Part shown: in pieces, positions 1 to 8,322 of the stretch
Position numbering within the stretch: position 1 is the stretch's first letter
Layout of the letters: the number at the start of each line of letters is the position of its first letter
DNA from: an uncultured Gammaproteobacteria bacterium
GTDB lineage: Bacteria > Patescibacteriota > Microgenomatia > Daviesbacterales > UBA10151
Reading direction: 5' to 3'
DNA length: 64,000 nucleotides
Assembly: GCA_964523905.1 (NCBI GenBank)
Contig: CAZFYQ010000002.1
Span: 66,177-130,176, forward strand
Program-made: the position numbers and the translations under genes
Notes under the pieces: model-generated
What the model saw: only the letters and a program-made list of their open reading frames with translations
The model's database searches: none
Told to the model about the DNA's origin: nothing

Positions 1-365
1 TTTATCCAGGTTGTGTTTTTAGGTAATAAGTGTTTGGCTTTTTCGGCCCATTCCACGAGTACTAAATTTTCCGGATTGTTAAAAATTTCTTCCAAACCTA
101 TGCCGGTGAAATCTTCCAAACGATACAGATCAATGTGATAAAGTGTTTTTTCGGTGTTGGGAATTTGGTGAAGGCGGATTAGCACAAAAGTCGGAGAGAT
201 AATTTTTTCTGTTATTCCTAAGGCTTTGGCAAAGCCCTGGACGAAGGTAGTTTTGCCGGCACCTAAGCCTCCTGATAAAGCAATTACTCCGTTATTAAAT
301 TCTTTAGCCAGTTTGGCTGCCAGCTGCTTGGTTTCTACATCAGACTTAGTTAGGAATTGTTTCAT
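1..365 (-). CDS. tsaE: tRNA threonylcarbamoyladenosine biosynthesis ATPase TsaE (YjeE). The start codon lies inside the window and the 3' end runs off the window edge.
   Basis: Reverse-complement translation from the ATG at 365..363 reads MKQFLTKSDVETKQLAAKLAKEFNNGVIALSGGLGAGKTTFVQGFAKALG... This carries the P-loop GxxGxGKT signature and the overall TsaE pattern. The ORF is open to position 1. Confidence 0.75.
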   Translation of the reverse strand, partial: MKQFLTKSDVETKQLAAKLAKEFNNGVIALSGGLGAGKTTFVQGFAKALGITEKIISPTFVLIRLHQIPNTEKTLYHIDLYRLEDFTGIGLEEIFNNPENLVLVEWAEKAKHLLPKNTTWI

Positions 366-1110
366 GACTTTTTCTACTGCGTAAGTATATAAAACCTAAA
401 GAGCCAAGTCCACCCAGGACTAAAATTCCTCCAATCCAGGGCAGAAAATTAAATAGTTGCTGACCAGCTACTTCGGTTTTAGTGTTTGGTTGAGGAGATG
501 GGGTAGTGGCAACTCCAGCAATTGAGGCAATTTGATAATCGGTTTTTGCAGCAGATGAAGCAGGAGAATTATTTCTTTGGCTTAGAATAGTGTATGCAGA
601 AACTGAGTTTGCTGAAGTAGTTGGAGTTTTAGTGACAGCAGAAACAGGAGTATTGGTCGGAATTTTTGGAGTTGGTGTGGGTGTTGGTGTTTTGGTGGGC
701 GTTGGAGTGGGTTTAGTTGTGGGAATTACAGTAGCAGTAGGTGCTGTTGTCGGTGTATCTGCAGCTGCCGCAAGGCTAAAAGACCAAATAGTACTCCAGT
801 CGCTCCAATTGCCACTGCTATCTTTGGCCTTTACTCGCCAATACCAGTTACCATAACTCAAAGTCGGTGCGTAATGAGTGTTACTAGTATAGTAATCTTT
901 ATTCAATGAACCAAAGCCAGAATCATCATCGACTTGTACACGATAAGGGTTGGAAGAATAAAGAGCATAGCTGGGTGCTTGCCAGTTTAAAGTGCTGGAT
1001 GACACAGTAGAATTATTTTCAGGACTACTTAGTGAAGGAGCGTCACCTGCATATACAGGAAAAGCAAATAATATGCTAGCCACAATGATCAGCAAGACGG
1101 TACGGATCAC
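346..1110 (-). CDS. Secreted or cell-surface protein. It has a signal peptide, an Fn3-like domain (WSDWS motif), a Pro/Thr-rich linker and a C-terminal TM anchor. It uses a GTG start.
   Basis: The ORF track gives 254 aa. The N-terminus is hydrophobic (MIRTVLLIIVASILFAFPVYA), followed by NWYWRVKAKDSSGNWSDWSTIWSF, then TPTPTPTKTPTPTPTP and a C-terminal hydrophobic stretch. Confidence 0.55.
   Translation of the reverse strand: MIRTVLLIIVASILFAFPVYAGDAPSLSSPENNSTVSSSTLNWQAPSYALYSSNPYRVQVDDDSGFGSLNKDYYTSNTHYAPTLSYGNWYWRVKAKDSSGNWSDWSTIWSFSLAAAADTPTTAPTATVIPTTKPTPTPTKTPTPTPTPKIPTNTPVSAVTKTPTTSANSVSAYTILSQRNNSPASSAAKTDYQIASIAGVATTPSPQPNTKTEVAGQQLFNFLPWIGGILVLGGLGSLGFIYLRSRKSHETIPN
640..730. repeat. 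Low-complexity GT-rich coding repeat (GGTGTKGG units).
   Basis: It encodes the TPTPTPKTPTPTPTP linker of the surface protein on the minus strand. It produces a spurious GVGVGV ORF on the plus strand. Confidence 0.5.
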
Positions 1111-1122
1111 GACAATATAATA

Positions 1123-2388
1123 TCACAACAGATGCCAGTAAAGAGCGACCAGGCCGATGCCGGAATCAATTACTAAACCTTTGGCTGGACCATGATCAAA
1201 GTTAATGCCGTTTATATTATTACCCGGACAGCCTGAGTCAGATAAAGAATATGAAGTACCATCAAAAGTTGCTAAAAGCGGAGTGCCAACAAAAGCATCA
1301 TCATATATATCCAGTCCGGTATGTTTTCCCAAAGCATAAATTTGGCCAAATTCCGTACTAATATGAGTTGATGTGGGATATCCCTGCATGGGCGGGCCAA
1401 TCTGGTTATTGTCCAGATAACTATGTGGATTAACTAAATAAGTCCAAATCCGGTTTGCATCACTTGATGAAGAAACCGGGACACCGGTGGTTTTATCCAC
1501 AATTGCCCCTTTTTGCACTTTGGCATTTTGGTAAATTTCAAAGTGCAAGTGTGGTCCGCTAGTACAACCAGTTAGACCCTCCTGAGCAATTACCTCACCT
1601 TTTTTAACCGGTCCAATTACAGTGCCAACATTATTAATAGCCCGGGCAATTGAATCCGCATCGGCTTTTAACTGAGTAATTAAAGCTTGATAGCGGGTTT
1701 CATTATTTTTGGTTAGTCGAAGTAGTTGGTCTTTACTTTGCTTTTGAGAATCTAACTGTTTTTGGTAACCGGCTAACTGTTGATTTAACCTCTCTTCCTC
1801 TAGCTGTTTATTTTGTTTATCCTGTTTTTGGTCATCATAGGAAAGTTTAGTGGCTTGCAGTTCATATAACTTTTGTTTTTCATAGGCCTGAGCGATTTGA
1901 ACATATTTAAATTTTTCCAACAGATCGCTAAATCCTTTGGCAGAAAACAGCAAGTTAAAGCTGCTGACAGTTTGATCATATTTGTAGGTTTGGATTATTC
2001 GAGCGATTAACAAATCAGATAAGCTGTCAACACTTACGCTAATTTGAGTAATATGCAAAGACAGGTTATTAATATCACGCTCAAGTTTAGCCAGATTTAA
2101 CTGAGTATCTTTTATTTTTAAATTAGTAACTTGGGTTTGTCCGTCAATAATATTTAACTGGGACTGCAGAGTATTTTCATTTTGTGATTCTTTATTATAA
2201 AGTTGCTGGCACTGGTTAATTAAATCATCTAAGCAGGCTTTTTTTTGATCTAATTGATCTGCAGGTATTTGGTCACATTTACTACTATCACTACAGCTTT
2301 GAGCGTAAACAGGAGTCAGGCTGTAGGCAACAGGCAACAGTAAAACTATTAAACTAATGCCTAATGCCTGTAGCCTATTGCCTCTCAT
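1123..2388 (-). CDS. Coiled-coil peptidoglycan hydrolase with a C-terminal M23 (LytM-type) metallopeptidase domain. The architecture is EnvC-like.
   Basis: It has a signal peptide, about 200 aa of Q/K/L-rich heptad sequence, and a C-terminus containing the M23 metal-binding motif TGCTSGPHLHFEIY. Confidence 0.7.
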   Translation of the reverse strand: MRGNRLQALGISLIVLLLPVAYSLTPVYAQSCSDSSKCDQIPADQLDQKKACLDDLINQCQQLYNKESQNENTLQSQLNIIDGQTQVTNLKIKDTQLNLAKLERDINNLSLHITQISVSVDSLSDLLIARIIQTYKYDQTVSSFNLLFSAKGFSDLLEKFKYVQIAQAYEKQKLYELQATKLSYDDQKQDKQNKQLEEERLNQQLAGYQKQLDSQKQSKDQLLRLTKNNETRYQALITQLKADADSIARAINNVGTVIGPVKKGEVIAQEGLTGCTSGPHLHFEIYQNAKVQKGAIVDKTTGVPVSSSSDANRIWTYLVNPHSYLDNNQIGPPMQGYPTSTHISTEFGQIYALGKHTGLDIYDDAFVGTPLLATFDGTSYSLSDSGCPGNNINGINFDHGPAKGLVIDSGIGLVALYWHLL

Positions 2389-3608
2389 TAGAAAGTAACT
2401 TTGTCAATTTCATGAATGCTGCCAATAGAATAATGGTCAGTAAAACTAATGTTGTGGCCGTTTGGCACAAATGGATCATTCATTTTATAATTTCCTCCAG
2501 AGCCACTTAGTAATACTACAAAATGATCTGGTCCCCTGCCAATTCCCACAATCACCGGGCGTCCGGCTGCCAGCTCTCCGTCAATTACTGACCCGGCTCT
2601 GCTTGATGAAATGCCATTAGCACTGATGCTGTATTTCAAAAAAGTGGGAGCATAGGCTGCAAAATTATCAGAATTAGCATTAATAGACAAAGGGGTGACG
2701 TCTTTATGACCGTAGTGGGTATAGACCATGGCCATGGAAGTCATTAAACAGCCAATATCAGCAATCCGATCACCGGTTCCATTTAAACCAACATTGCCCC
2801 ATTGAGAATCGCGCTGATTATAATAACAACCCCATTCATCACAAACTGTTTGTCCGGATAATATACTGGAATTTCCACCGGTAAAGGAAGTAAATCCGGC
2901 TAGTTGTGATTGGGCCTGGGCCAGTAATTTCTCATAAGTGGCCTCATTACCCTGAGTTTCGGAAAGCAGTTCCTGCTTGGTTTTTTTCTGATCAGTCAAT
3001 TGTTTTTGGTAAGTATCCAAATCTTTGCTAAGTTTTTCAGCTTCAGCCTGGCGCGTTACTTTATCCTGTTTTTGGTCGTTATAATCTAGCTTGGTAGCCT
3101 GCAGCTCATATAATTTTTGTTTATCATAGGCCTGGGCCACCTGGATATATTTTAATCTTTCTAAAAGATCAGTAATATTTCCAGAGGAAAAGATTAAATT
3201 AAAAGCTGAATCAGTATTGCCGTATTTATAGGTTTGGACAATTCTTTTGAGTAGCAGTTCTGATAAAGAATCCAAGGTACCGGAAATGCGATCAATTCTA
3301 GTTCCCAAATCAGAGATTTGACGCTTTAAAGTAGCTATTTTGGCATTAGTTTCTTGAATTTTTAAATTAGTTACTTTAGTTTGTCCATCAATAATAGCCA
3401 GTTGGGAAGTTAAGGTTTTTTCTTGGCCGCGGGTGACTTGCAGTTGTTGCTCACATTTATTAGTGACATCAGTTAAACAAGATACATCATCGGATCCGCA
3501 AGCTGAGGGATCACAACTTGCTTCAGCATAAACAGGGTACAGGGTGTAGGGTACAGGGTATAGGGTTAAAAATAGTAAAAAGAAATACAGTCGGATTTTC
3601 TTCATCAT
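2388..3608 (-). CDS. Coiled-coil cell-wall hydrolase with a C-terminal Cys/His (CHAP or C39-like) peptidase domain. The architecture is PcsB/CwlO-like.
   Basis: It has a signal peptide. The N-terminal coiled coil is about 55 percent identical to the upstream paralog (shared QAYDKQKLYELQATKL and DQKQDK). The C-terminus carries conserved Cys (IADIGCLMTSMAMV) and His (GPDHFVVLL) typical of CHAP/C39-like amidases. Confidence 0.6.
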   Translation of the reverse strand: MMKKIRLYFFLLFLTLYPVPYTLYPVYAEASCDPSACGSDDVSCLTDVTNKCEQQLQVTRGQEKTLTSQLAIIDGQTKVTNLKIQETNAKIATLKRQISDLGTRIDRISGTLDSLSELLLKRIVQTYKYGNTDSAFNLIFSSGNITDLLERLKYIQVAQAYDKQKLYELQATKLDYNDQKQDKVTRQAEAEKLSKDLDTYQKQLTDQKKTKQELLSETQGNEATYEKLLAQAQSQLAGFTSFTGGNSSILSGQTVCDEWGCYYNQRDSQWGNVGLNGTGDRIADIGCLMTSMAMVYTHYGHKDVTPLSINANSDNFAAYAPTFLKYSISANGISSSRAGSVIDGELAAGRPVIVGIGRGPDHFVVLLSGSGGNYKMNDPFVPNGHNISFTDHYSIGSIHEIDKVTF

Positions 3609-3617
3609 GTAGTTCCA

Positions 3618-4490
3618 TTAAATTTTTAGGTAACGTCTGACAGCGCTAAATGAACCAAAGCCGCCAATAATACAGGCAGCAAGTATTGCTGCTCCCAAAA
3701 TAGCTAACATAAATAATGGACTGACCGGAAGCAGTTTGACATCTCCTAAATAGCTTTGCAAAAAAGGTGTAAAATACCACAAAAGTCCATAAACAACTAC
3801 CCAGGCTGATAAAGCTCCGGCAACTCCGTAAAAAATACCTTCCAGTAAAAACGGATTGCGGATAAAACTAGGGGATGCTCCTAAAAGCCGCATGATTTCA
3901 ATCTCATTTCTTTTTAAACGGATTTTAAAACCAATAATCATCACCACCACCAAAGTGGCAAAGATCATTAAAAAGCCAACAATTGCCGAGCCCACTGTAC
4001 GGATAATCGTAGTCACTGAAGTTAAGGTGGCAACAACATCTTCAGGGACAATTACTTCTGAAACTGCCGGTTCTTTTTTCAAAATTTCAGCCACCGGCTT
4101 TAAATCTTGCGGATCTTGGGTAGAAATTTCCAAAGATGCCGGGAGGATGCTGGAAGTTACCAGTTCAAGGAGTGCCGGGTCATTTTGATTTTTCTGCTGA
4201 TAGATTTTTAAAGCATCCTCCTTGGAAACATATTTGGTTTTAGTAACCCGGGGTTCTTTTGATAGCGCATTTTGAATGGCTGTTACATCAGCTGGAGTAG
4301 TGCCATCTTTGAAAAAAGCAATCACCTGAGGTTTACTTTCAAAATACTTTAATGAGGCCTCACTGCCTGCTGCTACCAGAATAAAAACAAACAGCGCCAG
4401 GAAAGTTAAAAACATCACCATTGAGGCAGCAATCGCCTGCATTGGAGTTCTTCTGATATTTTTCTTGGCAAAAGTAATGGCGCGTGACAT
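3618..4490 (-). CDS. ftsX: Cell division permease-like protein FtsX.
   Basis: It has a 4-TM topology with a large extracytoplasmic loop. Its start overlaps the ftsE stop (TAATG) immediately downstream of ftsE. Confidence 0.75.
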   Translation of the reverse strand: MSRAITFAKKNIRRTPMQAIAASMVMFLTFLALFVFILVAAGSEASLKYFESKPQVIAFFKDGTTPADVTAIQNALSKEPRVTKTKYVSKEDALKIYQQKNQNDPALLELVTSSILPASLEISTQDPQDLKPVAEILKKEPAVSEVIVPEDVVATLTSVTTIIRTVGSAIVGFLMIFATLVVVMIIGFKIRLKRNEIEIMRLLGASPSFIRNPFLLEGIFYGVAGALSAWVVVYGLLWYFTPFLQSYLGDVKLLPVSPLFMLAILGAAILAACIIGGFGSFSAVRRYLKI

Positions 4491-5170
4491 TAGTGTAAAG
4501 TGTATTTCCCTTCTTTAGAATCAGACATTACTTTGCCTTTTTTTAAAGCAATCACCCGCCGTTTTAAAGTATTAACAATTTCCTGGTTGTGAGTAGCCAT
4601 TACAATAGTGGTGCCCCAGGAGTTTATCTCATTTAACAGCTGGATCACGCCCCAGGCTGTTTTAGGATCCAAGTCGCCAGTTGGCTCATCAGCCAGCAGT
4701 ACATCTGGTTTACCAACAATCGCCCTGGCAATTACGGTTCTTTGTGCCTCGCCCCCAGACAGCTGTCTAGGGAATAAATTGCGACGATCCCAAATTTCGA
4801 CCAGTTTTAAAATGTGCTCGACCTGTTTTTCTATTTCACTATCATTTTTCCCCAGCACTTCCAGAGTTAAAGCGACATTTTCAAAAACCGTGCGATCATC
4901 TAATAATTTAAAATCTTGGAAGACAGTACCGACTTTACGACGAAGAGCTGGGATTTCCGAATCCTTCATTTTAGTGATATCAGCATGTCCTACCTTGATA
5001 GTGCCGGAGGTAATGCCGGTTTCTCTGGTTAAAATTCGAAGCAGCGTGGATTTACCAGCGCCGGAAGGACCAACAATAAATACAAATTCACCCTGTTTAA
5101 TCTCTAAAGAGATATCCTCAAGGGCAAACGTCGAACCGAACTTCTTGGAGACAGATTCGAATAAGATCAT
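4490..5170 (-). CDS. ftsE: Cell division ABC ATPase FtsE.
   Basis: It has Walker A GPSGAGKST, the signature LSGGEAQR and Walker B LLADEPTGDLD. It is 226 aa. Confidence 0.85.
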   Translation of the reverse strand: MILFESVSKKFGSTFALEDISLEIKQGEFVFIVGPSGAGKSTLLRILTRETGITSGTIKVGHADITKMKDSEIPALRRKVGTVFQDFKLLDDRTVFENVALTLEVLGKNDSEIEKQVEHILKLVEIWDRRNLFPRQLSGGEAQRTVIARAIVGKPDVLLADEPTGDLDPKTAWGVIQLLNEINSWGTTIVMATHNQEIVNTLKRRVIALKKGKVMSDSKEGKYTLH

Positions 5171-5176
5171 TTAATT

Positions 5177-5620
5177 TCACTTTATTTCCTCAACCTTACC
5201 AACATCCATTAACCAGCCGGCATTTAAGGCTTTTTGAGTTTCACCGTAAACTTTAACTTTTTTACCTTCATATTTAGTTAAATCAACTACTGAGGAAGTT
5301 AGGGCCACTGGATCAGCGCCATCACGTTTTAAGATTTCCGTGCCTTCGGAATAATCTGAAGCATTTTTGTCTTTTGGTGTGACTACACCTTCAGCAAAAT
5401 CTTTGAAGGTAGTGGTATCTTGTTGAGCAGTTTTAGGAGCAACTCCGGGTAAGGAAATCGGGGAAACAGAGCCACCACCACCTTTGGTGGAAAGAATATA
5501 GCCACTGGCTACACCCAAAACTAAAGCAGCAATTAAAGTTCCCAGAAGCAGTCGTTTGGGATCGGAGGTTAACATTGGCTTGGTTAGCTTGTCTTCTGAG
5601 AATGTTTGAGATTCAATCAT
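5177..5620 (-). CDS. Hypothetical membrane-anchored protein with an N-terminal TM helix and an extracytoplasmic C-terminal domain.
   Basis: The ORF track gives 147 aa with one hydrophobic helix (LLLGTLIAALVLGVASGYIL). It sits between prfB and ftsE on the same strand. Confidence 0.4.
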   Translation of the reverse strand: MIESQTFSEDKLTKPMLTSDPKRLLLGTLIAALVLGVASGYILSTKGGGGSVSPISLPGVAPKTAQQDTTTFKDFAEGVVTPKDKNASDYSEGTEILKRDGADPVALTSSVVDLTKYEGKKVKVYGETQKALNAGWLMDVGKVEEIK

Positions 5621-5662
5621 TACTACTTATAATAACCATAAACTGGGTACTTTGTCTACCCA

Positions 5663-6739
5663 CTAATTTGACGGAAGTTTAACCTCAGCTTCAATAAAAT
5701 CAGTTAAATCACCATCAAGCACTGCCTCAGTATCTGAGGTCTCCACATTGGTTCGTAAATCCTTAACCATATGGTAAGGATGTAGCACATAAGATCGAAT
5801 CTGCGTGCCCCAGGAAGCTTGAGTATTGCTGCCTTTTAGTTCGGTTTGTTCTTTTTTCTGCTGAGACTGCTTAAGTGCCCACAGTTTAGCTTTTAACATT
5901 TTTAAAGCATTTTCCCGATTTTGCAGCTGAGAACGTTCGGTTTGACAAGTCACAGTAATTCCGGTGGGAATATGTTTTAACCGAACAGCAGTTGAGACTT
6001 TATTAACATTTTGGCCACCGGCTCCACCAGAACGGAAGCTGTCAAATTCAATTTCATCATCTTTTAATTCTATTTCTTTGTTATCCTCAATCACTGGTAA
6101 AACCTCGACCAAAGCAAAGGAAGTTTGACGCAGCTTATCGGCATTAAAAGGGGATTGGCGAACCAACCGATGCGTGCCGGCCTCGCCTTTTAAATTACCA
6201 AAGGCATAAGTTACATGAACAATCATTGAAAAAGTCTTAAAACCCGCTTCTTCTCCGGGATTTTCATCAGTGATCTCAAATTTCCAGTCACTACGTTCAA
6301 AAAAACGCTGATACATGCGGGCTAACATGGCTGCCCAGTCCATGGCCTCAACTCCCCCGGCTCCGGAATGAATGGAAACAATAGCTTCAGAGCCGTCATA
6401 TGGACCTGATAGAAAAGTTTTTAGCTCAAAAGCTTTTAGAAGCTTTTCAATTTCCCTGGCTTCAGTGAAAAGTTCATCCTGCATTGAATTATCGGCAGCT
6501 AATTCCAAAGCATCATCAATGCGCTTTTCCATAAGCTCTAGACTTTCCAATTGTTTTTGCATGTCTGCTAGCTGTCGACTGACAACTGTGGCCTGCTCCC
6601 GGTCATTCCAAAACCCCTCCTTCATAGTCAAAGCTTCCTTCTCGCGAATTTCCGTGCGAAGAGAGTCCCGGTCAATTGACAAGGAAATCTTCCCAAACCG
6701 CTCTTTTAAATCATGTAATCTGGATTTTATTTCTTCCAT
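5663..6739 (-). CDS. prfB: Peptide chain release factor 2. It is encoded in a single frame with no programmed frameshift.
   Basis: The GGQ motif ([24 protein letters not shown]) and the RF2-specific SPF motif (VRQSPF) are present. The likely ATG start is at 6739 (MEEIKSRL...). The track ORF extends to a TTG at 6787. Confidence 0.85.
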   Translation of the reverse strand: MEEIKSRLHDLKERFGKISLSIDRDSLRTEIREKEALTMKEGFWNDREQATVVSRQLADMQKQLESLELMEKRIDDALELAADNSMQDELFTEAREIEKLLKAFELKTFLSGPYDGSEAIVSIHSGAGGVEAMDWAAMLARMYQRFFERSDWKFEITDENPGEEAGFKTFSMIVHVTYAFGNLKGEAGTHRLVRQSPFNADKLRQTSFALVEVLPVIEDNKEIELKDDEIEFDSFRSGGAGGQNVNKVSTAVRLKHIPTGITVTCQTERSQLQNRENALKMLKAKLWALKQSQQKKEQTELKGSNTQASWGTQIRSYVLHPYHMVKDLRTNVETSDTEAVLDGDLTDFIEAEVKLPSN

Positions 6740-6805
6740 GAGGAAATTATATCCTATTCGCCACTTCGAAGCGTGGTTTGATCTCAACTGCTATAATACC
6801 CCCGT

Positions 6806-7255
6806 ATGGAATGGAAAAGGGGTTGGCAAGAATTAATGGCTCGCGCAAGAAGTTCTACCCCATCCCCGCATGCTGAGGTAGATGCTTTAGTGGACGGTCT
6901 ATATAATATGGCTGACGGTTGGAAAGCAGATGAGTCTTATAGATTATTGTTACCCCAACCTTACCAATTTTCTACTATTAAAGAAGTTTACCATGGTTTA
7001 CCAGAAATCACTGAAATGATTACAAGCATTGAAGGATGGAGTAGCAGGCTGCGCATTGTTTGTCATGCAGCGCCCCGCCAATTTTGGGTATTGGATATGC
7101 ATTATTCCAGGTCAAATCATAAAAGTGGAATCGATACACAAAGAACAATTAATTTTGCTGATCCCAGTTTTCGCATAAGAGTTATAGAAGAGGCACTCAC
7201 TGTTATTAATGACAATAAAGGTTTGGTGTATCAAGTACGTGGAGAAGAGGATTGA
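6806..7255 (+). CDS. Hypothetical protein. The ORF is locally GC-rich and has no recognisable domains.
   Basis: It is a 149-aa ORF with visibly higher GC than the flanks. It is followed by a canonical intrinsic terminator at 7318..7345. Confidence 0.4.
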   Translation: MEWKRGWQELMARARSSTPSPHAEVDALVDGLYNMADGWKADESYRLLLPQPYQFSTIKEVYHGLPEITEMITSIEGWSSRLRIVCHAAPRQFWVLDMHYSRSNHKSGIDTQRTINFADPSFRIRVIEEALTVINDNKGLVYQVRGEED

Positions 7256-7291
7256 CTGAGTCATTGCGAGGAGCGAAGCGACGTGGCAATC
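7254..7291. repeat. GC-rich imperfect palindromic element carrying the GTCAYY..GAG..AGCGAAG core (copy 1).
   Basis: The sequence tgactgagtcattgcgaggagcgaagcgacgtggcaatc contains the palindrome TGACTGAGTCA and shares a core with the two inverted copies at 20360..20419. Confidence 0.4.
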
Positions 7292-7317
7292 TTCTAAAAT
7301 TCCCTAGGTGTCAAGCT

Positions 7318-7345
7318 AGTCCACCTCCCAGGTGGACTTTTTTAT
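7318..7345 (+). terminator. Rho-independent terminator.
   Basis: AGTCCACCT-CCC-AGGTGGACT forms a 9-bp perfect stem with a 3-nt loop. It is followed by TTTTTTAT. Confidence 0.7.
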
Positions 7346-7356
7346 ACTTCTAGATA

Positions 7357-7935
7357 CTACCTAATCTGTCTTCGTCTAATTAATAACATCGCGCTAAAAA
7401 GCCCATTTGCTATAGTCCAGCTGGCAGGGTATAACCAGGTCACAATACTATATTGTTGTAGAGCAAACAGACTAAGTCCATGTCGAAAAGTGTTTAATCC
7501 ATATAGAAAAAGAGTTTCTGAATGAGGTTTATTCCATGATTTACGAATAGTTGGCACAAAGCCTAACATATCAGTTAAGGATACTAAAATAACTGAGAGT
7601 ACCGGCTGTTTTGCTATTACCCAAAGAAATAGAGCAATAAAAGAAAGAATTAAAAACAAAGTATCTAGTTTTGTTATATCTTGTTTACCATTTCTCAAAC
7701 CAAGTAAAAATACAGTAAAGCAGGCAATGACAATGGATAGAGTAATCCATGCACCAGCACCGGCACCGCCCTGAACTTGTAATCCAAATGCAATCGCAGT
7801 AACCAGTGCCCAGATAAACCAAGTATAAATATGGGGAGTAGTTTTTCCATTTAAAGTATCTCGAATATATGGAAAGTAGCCGACAAAAGTTAAAACAACA
7901 GCAATTACACTAATAGTAGTTTTTAGATCCAGCAT
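7357..7935 (-). CDS. Hypothetical polytopic membrane protein with about 6 TM helices.
   Basis: It is 192 aa and strongly hydrophobic, with a glycine-rich segment QVQGGAGAGAW. Confidence 0.4.
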   Translation of the reverse strand: MLDLKTTISVIAVVLTFVGYFPYIRDTLNGKTTPHIYTWFIWALVTAIAFGLQVQGGAGAGAWITLSIVIACFTVFLLGLRNGKQDITKLDTLFLILSFIALFLWVIAKQPVLSVILVSLTDMLGFVPTIRKSWNKPHSETLFLYGLNTFRHGLSLFALQQYSIVTWLYPASWTIANGLFSAMLLIRRRQIR

Positions 7936-7970
7936 ATCTGCAGTATAACAAAAAGTGGTAAAATCTGACC

Positions 7971-8318
7971 ATGCTTTTGCTAATTGATACTAAAGACCAG
8001 AAAAAGGTCACGGTTTCTTTAAAGGAAAACGGGAAAGATATTAAATCCTTAAGTAAAGAAAACGAATTTGGCTCGCAGGTTTTATTACCGATAATAATAG
8101 AATTGTTATCACGCACAAAGAAAACTAAAAATCCCGAGGTGGCATCGGGAATCAACCTCCGAGGTGGGATATGGAAAGTGATTGATGAGATAGAAGTAGA
8201 AACTGGTCCGGGTTCTTTTACCGGTCTACGTGTAGGTGTATCAGTAGCAAACTCCCTAGGTTACTCTTTGGGAATTCCGGTTAACGAAAAAAAGCTCGAG
8301 TCCGATTTGGTATACTGA
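7971..8318 (+). CDS. tsaB: TsaB/YeaZ-like protein, N-terminal domain only (short form).
   Basis: It opens MLLLIDT...VSL and contains GPGSFTGLRVGVSVANSLGYSLGIPV. This matches the TsaB N-terminal actin-like fold motif. The protein is only 115 aa. Confidence 0.5.
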   Translation: MLLLIDTKDQKKVTVSLKENGKDIKSLSKENEFGSQVLLPIIIELLSRTKKTKNPEVASGINLRGGIWKVIDEIEVETGPGSFTGLRVGVSVANSLGYSLGIPVNEKKLESDLVY

Positions 8319-8322
8319 TTAA

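Noticed and set aside
590-856. An 88-aa plus-strand ORF encoding GVGVGVLVGVGVG repeats.
   Set aside because: It is the antisense shadow of the Pro/Thr-rich linker in the 346..1110 minus-strand gene. It has low complexity and no independent support.
3856-5174. Plus-strand ORFs of 110 and 188 aa inside ftsX and ftsE.
   Set aside because: They lie fully within well-supported minus-strand genes carrying clear Walker/ABC motifs. They are typical antisense ORFs.
5663-6787. The programmed +1 frameshift expected in prfB. Related to it is the possibility of a UGA-recoded (code 4/25) genome.
   Set aside because: RF2 is encoded in one continuous frame from MEEIKSRL through the usual shift position. 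UGA clearly terminates several genes in ATGA overlaps (9196, 10383, 24344, 52126). The standard code applies and there is no frameshift.
6372-6836. A 154-aa plus-strand ORF overlapping prfB.
   Set aside because: It is embedded antisense in RF2, which has GGQ and SPF motifs. It has no start context.
7910-8155. An 81-aa minus-strand ORF across the tsaB start.
   Set aside because: It overlaps the better-supported TsaB-like gene and the intergenic promoter region. It has no motifs.
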